From Pseudogymnoascus verrucosus (Eukaryota), in assembly GCA_001662655.1 (NCBI GenBank), contig KV460221.1: a DNA stretch of 64,000 nucleotides; one strand, written 5' to 3'. Below the pieces are notes generated by a model. It saw only the letters and a program-made list of their open reading frames with translations, was not told the origin of the DNA and did not search any database. Shown here piece after piece: positions 1-12,748 of this stretch. How positions within the stretch are numbered: the first letter of the stretch is position 1; the number at the start of each line of letters is the position of its first letter. Position numbers and translations under genes: made by a program.

Positions 1-1271
<1,271 letters not shown>

Positions 1272-1459
1272 TCAGAAATGCCGCTCTTGTGCCACTGCTG
1301 ATTGGAGGCTGTGATTGGCTGGCTACTTATCAGCGACCAGAATATACAGACAAATGGGGGAAAATATACACAATTCGCTCCAAATTAAATAATAACCCCC
1401 GGTGACCGTCCCAATGGTATATTTGATTGTGTTTTGGGGATTTTTGTGTTCAGTTTTAA

Positions 1460-1465
1460 GAGTCA
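1460..1465 (-). promoter_or_regulatory. Possible Gcn4/Cpc1 site (TGACTC) upstream of ARG5,6
   Basis: GAGTCA on + about 320 bp upstream of the ATG. Arginine biosynthesis genes are known cross-pathway control targets, but a hexamer can occur by chance. Confidence 0.3.
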
Positions 1466-2237
1466 GAGTTTCTTGGTGCTGTTCCTTCAGCCGAAGTCGC
1501 AGCCCAGGAGATCGGCAACCCGATTGGCCAAGAGCCGTGGTTATCCTTTTGGTCTCTGAACTGGTGAGGAGCTGAGCACATTTCTTTTTTTTTAAAAAAA
1601 AGGCTGCAATATAGCTACATAGGATATTGACGGGGATTAATGGGTGGTTGAGGATATGGATCTATTTGTATGGACAACTGTGTGCTTGTAGGATTATTTG
1701 CATGGGGTCTCAATACGGGGGCCGTGTGGTTACTCTGGTGATGACTTCACGCCTAGACTACTCTACACGCATATGTCAGGGCCGATCATACCATTACTGC
1801 CTCAGCGGCCGAATGCCTTGGAATACACGTATCGCACGTCACCCACATATCACGCCGATGTGACCATGAGAAGGTGGTTTGTCAAACCTCGATTTGGGCA
1901 CGAACTTGAAAGCAGAAGTGACCGAGATAATACACGCAACTCAATTAGGTGGGCAATCCTCCTGCCGCAATGATAGATACATAACGCTGGGTCGTCTCTT
2001 CGTGACCATATCCCTCGGGTGGGTAAGACGCCCAGATCGCATTGCCGAAAATCAACACGAGAACAAAAAATAACGAATCGACAGTGGAACTCCCTTGTCA
2101 CTAGCCACCCCACCCATCAATACTGCCTCTCGAGCCAGCGAGTTTCACGTCCACCTTTGCGGGCATACGTATGACGATCGTGGGCGATTGATATGTTCAA
2201 TGCGCTGCTCGTAAATAGGCTGTCCCCGGAATACCAA

Positions 2238-2934
2238 CTATTTGAAATGTGTGGCTATTTGAAAGGTCAGTTATCGTAATAAGAGGGGAAGAGGGTTGAA
2301 TGGCGATAACCTACCGATCGGAATAATAATAATGCAGAGCAGGACGATGATTCCAACAATCAGAGCGATCTTCCACTTCATATTAGACCTCCACATCTTT
2401 TGCCTGACTCGGTTTGCTCCTTGGTTGAACCCTTGGGCCGAGACCGCCAGATTGTCCGTCTTATCTTGAAGTGAGTTCAGGTTCTCCCCACGTTGCGCCA
2501 ACTTGTCCACATTGTGCTGCATCTTTGCGGTTGCCCCATCGATCTCCTATGGTACCAGACGTTAGCAGACACTCAGTACACTGTATCTACAAGAAGTAGA
2601 ACATCGAGCGAATGTTCATTTTTTTGAATTTGGCGCAAGTAATGCGGGCACACCGGGTAATGTAGTGGTCGTACTCCGCGCGGTCTAGCCAACAGTTCTG
2701 CTAGCTAGAGCCATGTTGCATCCCGTTGGAGACGGTGTGTCCTCTGGTTGTAGTTGTCGGTAGGTGTGGCTGGTGATATTTTGGCCGTTGCAGCGCTCTA
2801 GCTGAGACTCCTCGGAATATCGTGGTCAGACTTACTTGTTGAAGCTGCTCCGTGTCCACATGGGCCCTTGGTCCTTTCGCTGACCCGGCCCCATTGCCAC
2901 TCGGTTGATATGGGTCGTATGGCTGGCTCGACAT
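2238..2934 (-). CDS. SNC1: Synaptobrevin/VAMP-type v-SNARE, 3 exons
   Basis: Exon 1 MSSQPYDPY...EQLQQ|gtaagt; exon 2 EIDGATAKMQHNVDKLAQRGENLNSLQDKTDNLAVSAQGF...MW plus a TM helix; short last exon ending THFK*. The R-SNARE motif is clear. Confidence 0.93.
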
Positions 2935-3329
2935 CTTGATTCAGGGGGTTGAGGAGTCGTTGATAGGTTTTGTGTATTGAGATGAACAGGTCGTATGAAG
3001 TGTATTTGTGGCTTGAGATGTAGAGGAAGTTTGGATGGTGGTTGTGATGGATGAAGTTGTTGTTGAATTGATGATGACGGGAGGCCGGGGGATTAGTGAG
3101 ACGTGACGAAGAGGCGAGTGGCTGAGGCGAAACAGATTCGCAACGGATCCTCTGACAAAGGTTTTGGAGAAAAGATTCAACCTTTTCAACACCTGAAAAA
3201 GCCTTAAAATATGGTAATATCAAGAGGGCTCTTCATCTTCATCACCACAATTCCAGTTCACATTCACGGATACTATATTATAATTAAGAGATATGCTACA
3301 CGTCACCTCCATCTGTTCTCGACACTTGC

Positions 3330-3421
3330 CACGTGACCAATTGAAAAATCTAATGTGGCTGGTGGCGACTCACGTGATGTGAATTCAAGTGGTTACGAAG
3401 TTATAAATAGATTATCACGTG
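3330..3421. promoter_or_regulatory. Cluster of three TCACGTG E-boxes (bHLH/Cbf1-type sites)
   Basis: CACGTG at 3330, 3371 and 3416, each in TCACGTG context on one strand, in the divergent SNC1/GH76 intergenic region. Confidence 0.45.
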
Positions 3422-4198
3422 TGCGTTCCAAGGCAACAGCAACATCCATCACCAACTAATTACTCCCTGTCTACATTTCCAAACGAGCTTCATTCACCTT
3501 CTGGACTATTTCTCTTTTTGACAAGCGCTCAACTCACTGCAGAACCGATCACCCATAATGTTTCTTAATGGTTAATGTTCTCTGGGCCGCTAACATTCGC
3601 AGTCCTAGTTTTTAAAGCGGGAAGACTAAGCTGGGAGGTGTCCCCCTTTTGCCTTGGTTCTCGTAAGCTCTCCTTGAGCATGTCCTCTCAACTTGCTCAG
3701 GGTTAGCTTTGACTATACTGCAATATGTTATATCTTTTACAGCTTTTATGGTTTCCTTCTTGTAATCTTCATGGTTCGGTTTAATAGAGCTTGTGGCTTG
3801 TACTTGCGCTTTTCTAAGCTCCATATGCTGTATATACCAGAGACTAAGCCGCCACATGAGCTATGGTAAGCTTAAATGCGACTATATTACTATTTAGTCG
3901 GTGGTCACACCACTTATTTTTGAAGGCCACTCCTAAACAATATGGCCAGATCAAACGCATCCCCCAGGTTTAGAACCCCATTTCCTTTTGTCCCTTGAAC
4001 CTTTCCTTCATCAAACTATCCATTGTCGACTTATATGCATCTACTTACAGTAGTATTTCTTGACGCCCAGCTCAGCCATTGGCCATTCTCGTGCCTATAG
4101 GAAGTCAGGATAACTAGATGCTCGTGCGGCAACGGGTACCTATCAAGCCAATCTCGTACCTCGACTGACAGCGTTAACGGGTAGAGGTATTCTACATC

Positions 4199-5746
4199 AT
4201 GCATCTCGGTATATATGCAGCTTTTGTCGTTGGAGCCTTACTATCCATCTGTGGCATTTCATCTGCCATCCATGTTGACCTTTCATCCAGTGGTAGCTAT
4301 TCCATGAAAAATGCCTGTAATGGCGATGCCCATTACTCATAAGCTGACCTCGATATAGATGCTATCAAATTATCGGCCAAAGTTCTTGCAGGCGATATGC
4401 TGAGCCACTATCACGGCAATGAACCAGGCCAAATACCAGGAAATCTTCCCTACCCCTACTACTGGTGGGAGTGCGGGGCCATGTTTGGTTCCCTCATCGA
4501 CTATTGGCTTTACACAGGTGATTCTGCGCACAACGATCTCGTCACCCAGGGAATGCAATTTCAAGTAGGTCCAAATAATGATTTTATGCCTCCGAATCAG
4601 ACCAAGACACTGGGGAACGATGATCAATGCTTCTGGGCGCTCGCTGCGATCTCCGCCGCCGAATCAAATTTCCCAAACCCGCCAAAGGATAAACCGCAGT
4701 GGCTTGCACTCGCCCAAGCCGTTTTCAATACTCAAGCACAACGTTGGGACAAGTCAACATGCGGTGGAGGCCTTAAATGGCAGATATACACCTTCAACAA
4801 CGGCTACACGTACAAGAACACAATTTCTAATGGATGTTATTTTAATCTCGGCGCGAGATTAGCCTTATATACGAGGAATGATACGTATGCGGACTGGGCC
4901 ACCGCAGCGTGGAACTGGATGTCGGAAGTGGGCTTAATCGATGAAGAATATGCCGTTTTTGATGGGAGCGACGAGTTGAAACATTGTGCTTCTATCAATC
5001 GCGTACAATGGAGCTACAATGTTGGGATTCTGCTTAATGGTGCAGCAGCTATGTATAATTATGTCAGTACTTTTCTCATTCTTGCCTTTACCTTCACTCT
5101 CGGTATTATCATCAGCCTTCTGGTGTTAGCCGTGAAACAGATGTTTATATTCCCTGCTGACTATTCCCAGACTGGTGGCACCGACACTTGGCGTCGCCAT
5201 ACTTCTGGACTGCTCAAAACCACATCCTCGACATTCTTTCGCGATAAAGTTATGTTTGAACCTGCTTGCGAACTTGATGACACCTGCAATACGGACCAGC
5301 TCTCTTTTAAGGCTTATCTTAGCCGATGGATGGCGGCTACCACCAAATTAGCCCCATTCACATATGGCACTATTAAACCGTTACTAAGGGCCTCCGCGGA
5401 AGCTGCTATGTCACATTGCAACGGAGGTAACAATGGACGTACTTGTGGCCTGAAGTGGTCGAACTGGGGAAACTGGGATGGCTCTAATGGAATTGGTCAG
5501 CAGATGGCGGCGTTGGAGGTGTTGCAGAGTAATCTTATCCATGCGACCAAAGGACCCGTCCGTGAAGAGGATGGCGGTACGAGCCAGGGGAATCCAAGCG
5601 CAGGGGGTGATGGTAGAGGGAATAAAGATGTGAAGGCAGGGCCATGGTCTCAGCCTGCTGGTACGGGAGACCGTGTCGGGGCTGGGGCCTTGACCGCTGT
5701 GATGGCTGCCGGAGTTGTTTGCGGTGTGTGGTGGATTGTTTGCTAA
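4199..5746 (+). CDS. GH76 alpha-1,6-mannanase / GPI-protein transglycosidase (Dfg5/Dcw1 family), 3 exons
   Basis: Signal peptide exon from ATG 4199 (MHLGIYAAFVVGALLSICGISSA). Motifs YYWWECGAM, LGNDDQCFW, CGGGLKWQI, YKNTISNG and DQLSFKAYLSRW. Hydrophobic GPI-like C-terminus. Intron at 5063-5170. Confidence 0.93.
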
Positions 5747-5884
5747 GATTGTCACCTTAGGTATATACTTTAGATTCTACCAGACGAACAAATACGGCGC
5801 TTTAATAATTTAATAAATAATGTATTGGATATGGAGCTGTAAAGATACATGGATTAAAATATAACCCCGACAGTGACACTGTAG

Positions 5885-7294
5885 CTAAATATGCAAAATA
5901 TTTTCTGCCCACTGTACTGTAAGGTAGACACCCGCTGGCATCGATTTGAATGCGTTAAACATGAGCTGTATCAACAGCCACCTTGCTGGACAATAAAGTA
6001 GCCCAAACAGAGCGAAGAAGCAATTTCGAAAGAAGGGCCCCAGCCGATCTTTAGGTGTCCCCCACGCAGCTACTAGCTTTTCCAAATGGAACCTATGATA
6101 TAGTCGTAGCTTCATAGATTCTGTTCGTTGGTTCCAGGGTGGCGATACCGTAGCATTATCGGAAACCTTCCCTAGCCACCTTATTGGCCTCATGAGATCT
6201 ACCACCACGATTAAGTAGCCAAGACCAAGTGCAAAAATAGGCAATATTGTGACAATCAATGCCCCGATTCTCCACGCATATTTCTCAAACTTGGTAGAAA
6301 ATTGAAGGTTCCAAGCGGCAATGTGTATTGAACCGAGTAGACTGGCGAGGATAGAACCAATCACGGATTCTCGTATGGCATTGCCATCAAACCCAAATAG
6401 ATCTTCGCCGTCATATTCCACCCACTCATATCCCCCATTCTGAGACCCAGTCCTGTTTGTCTGATATTTCGCCCTCACCTCCGACGGAAGAACGAAATTT
6501 GGCAAACGGTAATAACCTAGACAGATCTGTGCCTTGGGGGAATCTAACCCCGAACCAACCTCGTCAAGGATGGCCACTTCGGAATCGCTATATGACTTCC
6601 ATAAACGAATGTCGAGCGGTTTGTACCACCAAAAGGCAGTCGTAAGCATTGTACAGCCCACGTAGGCAACAGTGCCTATCTCTAGCTGGCTGATGGGCAG
6701 ATTCTCTGCCGCCCGGGATATGCACTGGACGGTAAACCAAGATACTTGCAAAACGACAATTAGTTGTGACAGACTATCAGTCTTATTCTCTGCCTTGATC
6801 ATGTCATCGCTTGGGAGGCCGATTGAGGGTATTGCTTCTGGCGGGATGATCCTTCTGCCTTTATCGTCACAAAACAGAATAACTCTAGGCCTGTATTTTC
6901 CCTCGACAGATCCGGGGACATTGGGGTCGGCTGGGGCGATTTCAGAATATCGCAGTCCTCCTGATACGCAAAACCATGCCTGTGTCCAACTCACAGTCTT
7001 TAGACGACGTTTTATTGTCCATGCCTGCTTCCACTGATTGAAAGCCAGCGCAGTGACAAATTCCGGGACTATAATAGCGATTCCCATCCATTTTAGTTTT
7101 CTCAAGAAAATCTTTTTCGAGGTGTCTGAGCAAGACGGAATGTTCAGATGCAAGACAGTCCAAGAGCAGAGGAAAATTGTTGAAAGGCAGGTATATAGAA
7201 TATCAATGCTGCCACGGGTATTGGGTGTTTCCGTCCATCCAAGGCGCTCCGAGGTAGCATTGGTGCTATTTGAAGTGCTAGTCGTCACGTTCAT
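5885..7294 (-). CDS. Multi-pass membrane protein of a widespread uncharacterised fungal family
   Basis: 469-aa intronless ORF with GW..P..RGSIDILYTCLSTIFLCSWTVLHLNIP, K.DSLSQLIVVLQVSWF, LPISQLEI, WWYKPLD and IHIAAWN.F motifs. Confidence 0.85.
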   Translation of the reverse strand: MNVTTSTSNSTNATSERLGWTETPNTRGSIDILYTCLSTIFLCSWTVLHLNIPSCSDTSKKIFLRKLKWMGIAIIVPEFVTALAFNQWKQAWTIKRRLKTVSWTQAWFCVSGGLRYSEIAPADPNVPGSVEGKYRPRVILFCDDKGRRIIPPEAIPSIGLPSDDMIKAENKTDSLSQLIVVLQVSWFTVQCISRAAENLPISQLEIGTVAYVGCTMLTTAFWWYKPLDIRLWKSYSDSEVAILDEVGSGLDSPKAQICLGYYRLPNFVLPSEVRAKYQTNRTGSQNGGYEWVEYDGEDLFGFDGNAIRESVIGSILASLLGSIHIAAWNLQFSTKFEKYAWRIGALIVTILPIFALGLGYLIVVVDLMRPIRWLGKVSDNATVSPPWNQRTESMKLRLYHRFHLEKLVAAWGTPKDRLGPFFRNCFFALFGLLYCPARWLLIQLMFNAFKSMPAGVYLTVQWAENILHI

Positions 7295-8274
7295 GGCGAA
7301 TAGAAGCTAGCAATGTTGTAGATAAATAATACAGGCACACATCAACTGGAAAGGCTGTTAGTACTAGGCCGTTGTGAGTAAGATGGGGTGTAGATCGTTA
7401 CCAACCAGTTGAAGATGGTGAAAGACCCGGGAATGCCAGACGAGATACTCGTACAAGCAGAAACACAACGATAATGAAATGAAGGAAAGAGGAAACGAAC
7501 GAGGAGAAGGGGATGCATTTTATTCTTGAATGTGCGCAGCAAGGCTGAACTAATGCCCGCTCGATAGGCCGCATGTAAATGTAGGCAGTGTTTCGCACAG
7601 CCTCCTCCAGCTGTGTGGATGTTGATACACGCTGTTAGGCGACATTGGCCAGGAAAAATCGGCCTTCGACATCGTAAAAAAGCATTGAAGTCATTTTACT
7701 CGTTCTCAGTCTTGTTTCTGTTTACTGTAGCCAGTTCCTGTGGCCTTTCTCTCCTGTGAGCGCGTACCTACATGGTTTTAACGAGGGCGCTTCTGTGGTC
7801 AATCCCAGACCAATCAGATATATGGTACTGAAGCGCGACGACACATTCCGCCCCTCATCGCGCATGATGGATCAAACGCGATCTCTTATCACGAAAATAG
7901 ATATTTTAAAATTAGCACTGTTCCAACAGCTCGGGTGCGAGTGAAGGTGGGCCCTGACCGCTTTTGAGGTAATGCCAGGAGGCCCGACGTGAACGAAGCT
8001 AAAAACTCGGGCCGCGCCGAGCCCTTCCGTGAAGTTGCTGCCAACATCTTCACTCACTCCCAACAATGCCTGTCTACCCCACATTTGTGGTTGATAAACG
8101 CTCAAAAAGGCTGCTATTGTGAAAAGTAAACATGAATACAATTGGGTATAATTCATTCCTACGGAAGTCAGATGCTAATTTCTATCGTGTATGGGTGGAA
8201 GTCTGTTCTCTCAACGCCTTCGATTCTGTGCACTTCTGAAACAATGTCAACAGCCACACTCTAATGACCGGGCT

Positions 8275-9214
8275 TCAATGGGATGGCGCCAAGTTGACTC
8301 GCATCTTTTCGATATCTTCCTCGGTAAATCCGAGATCAGTCTTGAGGTAGCCGACGATGCCCTCCTTAAACCGAGATTCGATCGACTCGACAAACGTGGT
8401 AATTGTGGTGCCTTTCACGCTCATGAACGCCAACATGCCGGGGCTGAAGTGGGTTGGGTTGGAGCCTCTATCGTTCACGCCAGCCTGAAGCGAACTAGAA
8501 AGCGACTGTCGAACAGGCTCAGTGCCAACACGACTGAGGAGGTAGTCGTGAGTAATGTGATCTCTGGGGACACCGACGAGTTGCAAAATGAGTGCAGCGA
8601 GGACTCCGGTTCGGTCCTTTCCGGCTAGTGTGAGGAAAAGCTGTCAGCTTGAGGCCATTCTCCGAATAAGGTTCTTCACTGGAACTCACCAGTGCAATGG
8701 AACAGAAATGGCTTATTCGGTTGGTCCCTGACGTGTGTAAACACTGCCCTAAACGTTGGCTGTAGGACTTTGAGAGCATCGTCGTACATATCTACAAAGG
8801 CAGATACCCCACCATCGTCTTTGGCAAAGGCCTTCATGTCCGTTTTTTGTGGAGTTTTCGCATAGGCCAGCCATACAGTCTCGGCGCGTGGAATTTCGGG
8901 GCCGGGATATTTCTCTCTCTCAGAGGGTTTTCGAAGGTCGAAGATTGTCTTCACACCAACGTCAACGACCAGCTTTCTCATTCCCAAGCCTCTAATTTGG
9001 CCAGGGAACCAGAGCGGTAGGCAAACCCTTGGCGTATGTTGACAGCCGTCCTAGTTCTGCTGATATCCCGCACATTGGCGACACCCGAGATCTTGACAAA
9101 GGGTGGGGAGGACAAGATCTCTGCTACAATCGGAGGAAGAAGCTTCTCTCTCAGATCCGTCCTCACCAGCTCTGAGATATCGTAATCTAAGTTTTCGTTG
9201 GCATGGGAGGCCAT
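8275..9214 (-). CDS. Protein tyrosine/serine phosphatase (PtpB/Y_phosphatase3-like); apparent frameshift near 8989, possible pseudogene
   Basis: GVANVRDI, YRSGSL and TIFDLR motifs, plus the P-loop FHCT|AGKDRTG joined across an intron (about 8630-8689) and DYLLS. The frame changes between LAKLE and LGMRKL. Confidence 0.85.
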
Positions 9215-9853
9215 ATTCAGTGATTGCTTTCTGGAGAGACGCTGTATATTGCTTTCCTATACTTGCGTGCTGGGGTTTCCCATCTGACGGGGGATCACTC
9301 AACCACTTCCACTTGATAGTTTATAGTTATACCTACCGGTCTTCACACTTCCTGTTGGGGGAGGTTATGAATCTGATCTCTTGATGTAAAAGTAAGAAAC
9401 GTGTGTGAGCTTCACAGACAGAATTGCAGTATAGGTAGGGTAGAACGAGGATGGAGAGACTGCTTTGTATTTTCCCCTAGCCTCCGCTCCTACTTAAATG
9501 TCTTTGAGCTGAGCTATTTGTCCACTATTTAGGCAATTGCGCCGTGTCCCAGGGGGTTCTTTCCCTTTACATCTTGAATATCCTGTTGACAGTCACGTGT
9601 TCGTATTTATCAAGGGGTTACGGATTGACAGGACGGATTGCCAAGTTCGTCAAACAAACAGCACAGCAAACAAGTGGGGCCGCAAACAAGCTGCTACCAA
9701 GGCGCCCGTGCACCAGAAAGCTGGGGTTGTACTCAGCTGTGGGTTCAATCGTGGACATCGTAGATATTGTGGATAGCCTCGTCTGAACAGCAACACATCT
9801 TCAGCAGTGTTGCCGTGGTCGTGGTTGTTGACGTGACTTGCATTTTTTACGAC

Positions 9854-12748
9854 ATGGTTCGAAACACAGTCACTGACGGCGCCAGTGAGAGTCGTGAAGG
9901 TCTCTTGCGTCCGTCGCTCGACCAAGCATATCGATCCTCTTCCGACTCCGACCTCGATGCAACCGATTACCTGAAGTACCAGGAGCCACCTTCTACAGAG
10001 TCTTCCGAAATGAAGCCCTTGTCGAAGCTCCGCCGGAGCTGCACCCGCCGCTCAAAATGCTGCCTCATGATCGCCGTGGTGGTCATAATAATCGGAATCG
10101 TGGTTAGTGGGGGCGGATGGTGGGTTTACAACATGGTGCCGGTTGACGGCGAGTCGCCGCCATGGTATCCATCCCCACTCGGAGGAGAAATCGACACGCC
10201 GTGGAAAGAGAGCTATGCCAAAGCTGCCAAACTGGTTGAGAAGATGACAATACCGGAAAAAGTAAATGTGTCGACTGGAGTAGGCTGGCAGATGGGCCTC
10301 GCAGTAGGCAACACTGCGCCAGCTACACATGTCGGCTTCCCAAGCCTAGCGCTCCAAGATGGACCTCTGGGCATTAGATTTGCCGACAATGCTACAGCAT
10401 TCCCAGCGGGGTTGACAGTTGGCGCTACGTGGAACAGAACGTTGATGTATGCAAGGGGGAAAGCGCACGGCCAGGAAGCGCGCTTGAAGGGCATCAATGT
10501 TCTCCTTGGCCCCTGCGTGGGGCCACTTGGGCGTATGCCTGCGGGTGGCAGGAACTGGGAAGGGTTTGGAGCCGATCCCTACCTCCAGGGCGTTGCTGCC
10601 GCCGAGACGGTCAAAGGCATCCAGGGAGAAGGAGTCATGGCTACAATTAAGCACTACATTGGGAATGAGCAAGAACACTTCCGACAGGCTCGGGAATGGG
10701 CCATCCCAAACGCCCTCAGCTCAAACATTGGCGACAGGACTTTGCACGAGCTCTACCTATGGCCATTCGCTGATGCCGTTAAAGCTGGCGTTGCAAGTGT
10801 CATGTGCAGTTACCAGATGACGAACAACTCATACTCTTGCGCCAATAGCAAGTTGCTAAATGGTATTCTAAAGGACGAACTTGGATTTCAAGGATTCGTC
10901 CAGTCCGACTGGCTGGCGCAGCGCGCTGGGGTGGCGAGCACATTGGCAGGGTTGGACATGAGCATGCCAGGAGATGGTCTTGTTTGGGCAAACGGCCAGT
11001 CGCTCTGGGGCCCTGAACTTACCAAGTCGGTTCTCAACGGCTCTGTGCCTGTATCTCGGCTGAACGATATGGTGACCCGTATTGTCGCAGCATGGTACCA
11101 ACTCGGACAGGATGACGAATCTAAATTTGACCGAAAGGGACCAAACTTCTCGTCGTGGACGAATGATGCCAAAGGACGTCTTCATCATGGTAGCCCAGAT
11201 GACACCAACCTTCAAATTGTCAATCAGTTTGTCAATGTTCAAGGCGAAGAGGAAAATTCCCACGCCGAAATCGCAAAGGAGGTGGCAATACAAGGGACAG
11301 TGTTGCTCAAAAACAGTGGCATCTTGCCTCTCAGCCGTGTGGGGTGGCCAGAAGGTGCGACACAGGACAGGAAATTTAGAGTTGGCATATTCGGGGAGGA
11401 CTCTGGGCCAGGAAATGGGCCAAATGCTTGCGAGGATCGCGCCTGTAACCAGGGAACTCTAGGATCTGGATGGGGCTCTGGGGCCGTTGAGTTTCCGTAT
11501 CTCATTACGCCAGTTTCTGCGATCAAGGCGGCCGTTGATAAGGCCAAAGTCGACGTAACCGACTCATTGACCAACAAGGCGCCACCGGGAAGCTCGTCGA
11601 TGCTGAAGGACCAAGATATTTGTATCGTGTTCGTGAACGCTGACTCGGGCGAGGGCTACAAGAAATCCGATGGCATTGCGGGCGATCGAAATGACCTCAA
11701 ATTACACAAGGATGGTGATAAGCTTGTCCAGCAGGTAACAAACGGCTGTGGTGGCGGGAAAGGCGATACTATTGTCGTTGTTCACGCCGTTGGCCCTGTG
11801 TTGATGGAAAGTTGGATTGATCTTCCCGGCGTTAAAGCCGTGGTTATGGCTCATCTTCCTGGCCAAGAAAGTGGCAATGCCCTCGTCGATATCCTTTTCG
11901 GCGACGCGAACCCGAGCGGTAAACTTCCATACACAATTGGAAAGAGTCTCGACGATTACGGGAGTGGAGCCAAGGTTCTCTATTTGCCCAATGCGCCGAT
12001 CCCGCAGCAAAACTTCTCTGAAGGGATCTACATCGACTACAGACACTTTGACAAATATGACATCACACCACGCTTCGAGTTTGGATTTGGTCTCTCCTAC
12101 ACCAAGTTTGAGTATAGCGATATTCAGGTCACTACCGTCAAGGGGAAGTCGGCACTACCTGACCTGCGGCCAAATGCTACAGCTCCACCAACTTATGATC
12201 AAACACTTCCCGACCCCTCATCTGCGCTGTACCCTTCTGGCTTCAGAAGGTTAGCAAAGTACATTTATCCCTACATCGACAACGTATCGGATATTACTAC
12301 AGGGCCATATCCATACCCAGATGGCTACAATACGACACAGCTGCCATCCCAAGCCGGTGGCGGCGAGGGTGGCAACCCATCACTCTTCGATGTCCATGCT
12401 ACCGTGTCCGTGACCCTGAAAAACACCGGCGGGGTGTCTGGCGCAGAAGTTGCACAGTTGTATTTATCATACCCCAAGTCCCCAGTTCCTAGCGACTCCA
12501 TGGGTGGGATGAGACGAGGTGGCTGGTTCGACACTGATATGAGTGACTTCCCAGTTAAAGTGCTGAGAGGCTTTGAGAAGATAAACTTGAAGCCGGGAGA
12601 GATAAAGGATGTCCATTTCAAGTTAACTCGAAGAGATCTGAGCTTCTGGGATGTGAGGGAGCAAAACTGGGTCATGCCTATTGACGGGGCGTTTACGATA
12701 AGGGTTGGGAGTAGCTCAAGGGATATCAGGCTTGAAGGGAAATTCTAA
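9854..12748 (+). CDS. GH3 beta-glucosidase with N-terminal membrane anchor (BglE-like)
   Basis: Intronless ORF with QDGPLGIR, GGRNWEGF, KHYIGNEQE, FQGFVQSDW (nucleophile Asp), FGFGLSYT and a C-terminal FnIII-like region. A single TM segment lies near the N-terminus. The first ATG is at 9854. Confidence 0.95.
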   Translation: MVRNTVTDGASESREGLLRPSLDQAYRSSSDSDLDATDYLKYQEPPSTESSEMKPLSKLRRSCTRRSKCCLMIAVVVIIIGIVVSGGGWWVYNMVPVDGESPPWYPSPLGGEIDTPWKESYAKAAKLVEKMTIPEKVNVSTGVGWQMGLAVGNTAPATHVGFPSLALQDGPLGIRFADNATAFPAGLTVGATWNRTLMYARGKAHGQEARLKGINVLLGPCVGPLGRMPAGGRNWEGFGADPYLQGVAAAETVKGIQGEGVMATIKHYIGNEQEHFRQAREWAIPNALSSNIGDRTLHELYLWPFADAVKAGVASVMCSYQMTNNSYSCANSKLLNGILKDELGFQGFVQSDWLAQRAGVASTLAGLDMSMPGDGLVWANGQSLWGPELTKSVLNGSVPVSRLNDMVTRIVAAWYQLGQDDESKFDRKGPNFSSWTNDAKGRLHHGSPDDTNLQIVNQFVNVQGEEENSHAEIAKEVAIQGTVLLKNSGILPLSRVGWPEGATQDRKFRVGIFGEDSGPGNGPNACEDRACNQGTLGSGWGSGAVEFPYLITPVSAIKAAVDKAKVDVTDSLTNKAPPGSSSMLKDQDICIVFVNADSGEGYKKSDGIAGDRNDLKLHKDGDKLVQQVTNGCGGGKGDTIVVVHAVGPVLMESWIDLPGVKAVVMAHLPGQESGNALVDILFGDANPSGKLPYTIGKSLDDYGSGAKVLYLPNAPIPQQNFSEGIYIDYRHFDKYDITPRFEFGFGLSYTKFEYSDIQVTTVKGKSALPDLRPNATAPPTYDQTLPDPSSALYPSGFRRLAKYIYPYIDNVSDITTGPYPYPDGYNTTQLPSQAGGGEGGNPSLFDVHATVSVTLKNTGGVSGAEVAQLYLSYPKSPVPSDSMGGMRRGGWFDTDMSDFPVKVLRGFEKINLKPGEIKDVHFKLTRRDLSFWDVREQNWVMPIDGAFTIRVGSSSRDIRLEGKF

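Noticed and set aside
1583..1602. T-run/A-run palindrome; also the G-run near 32309 and the (ACA)n tract near 55160
   Set aside because: Simple sequence with no flanking element structure.
1627..2113. Short overlapping ORFs between ARG5,6 and SNC1, and similar ones at 32700-33900
   Set aside because: No motif, splice structure or codon pattern that I could support as a gene or pseudogene.
9767..9853. N-terminal extensions from GTG/TTG starts in the ORF track (also TRM44, the Nup53-like gene and the GNAT gene)
   Set aside because: In a eukaryote the first in-frame ATG or the spliced upstream exon is the more plausible start.
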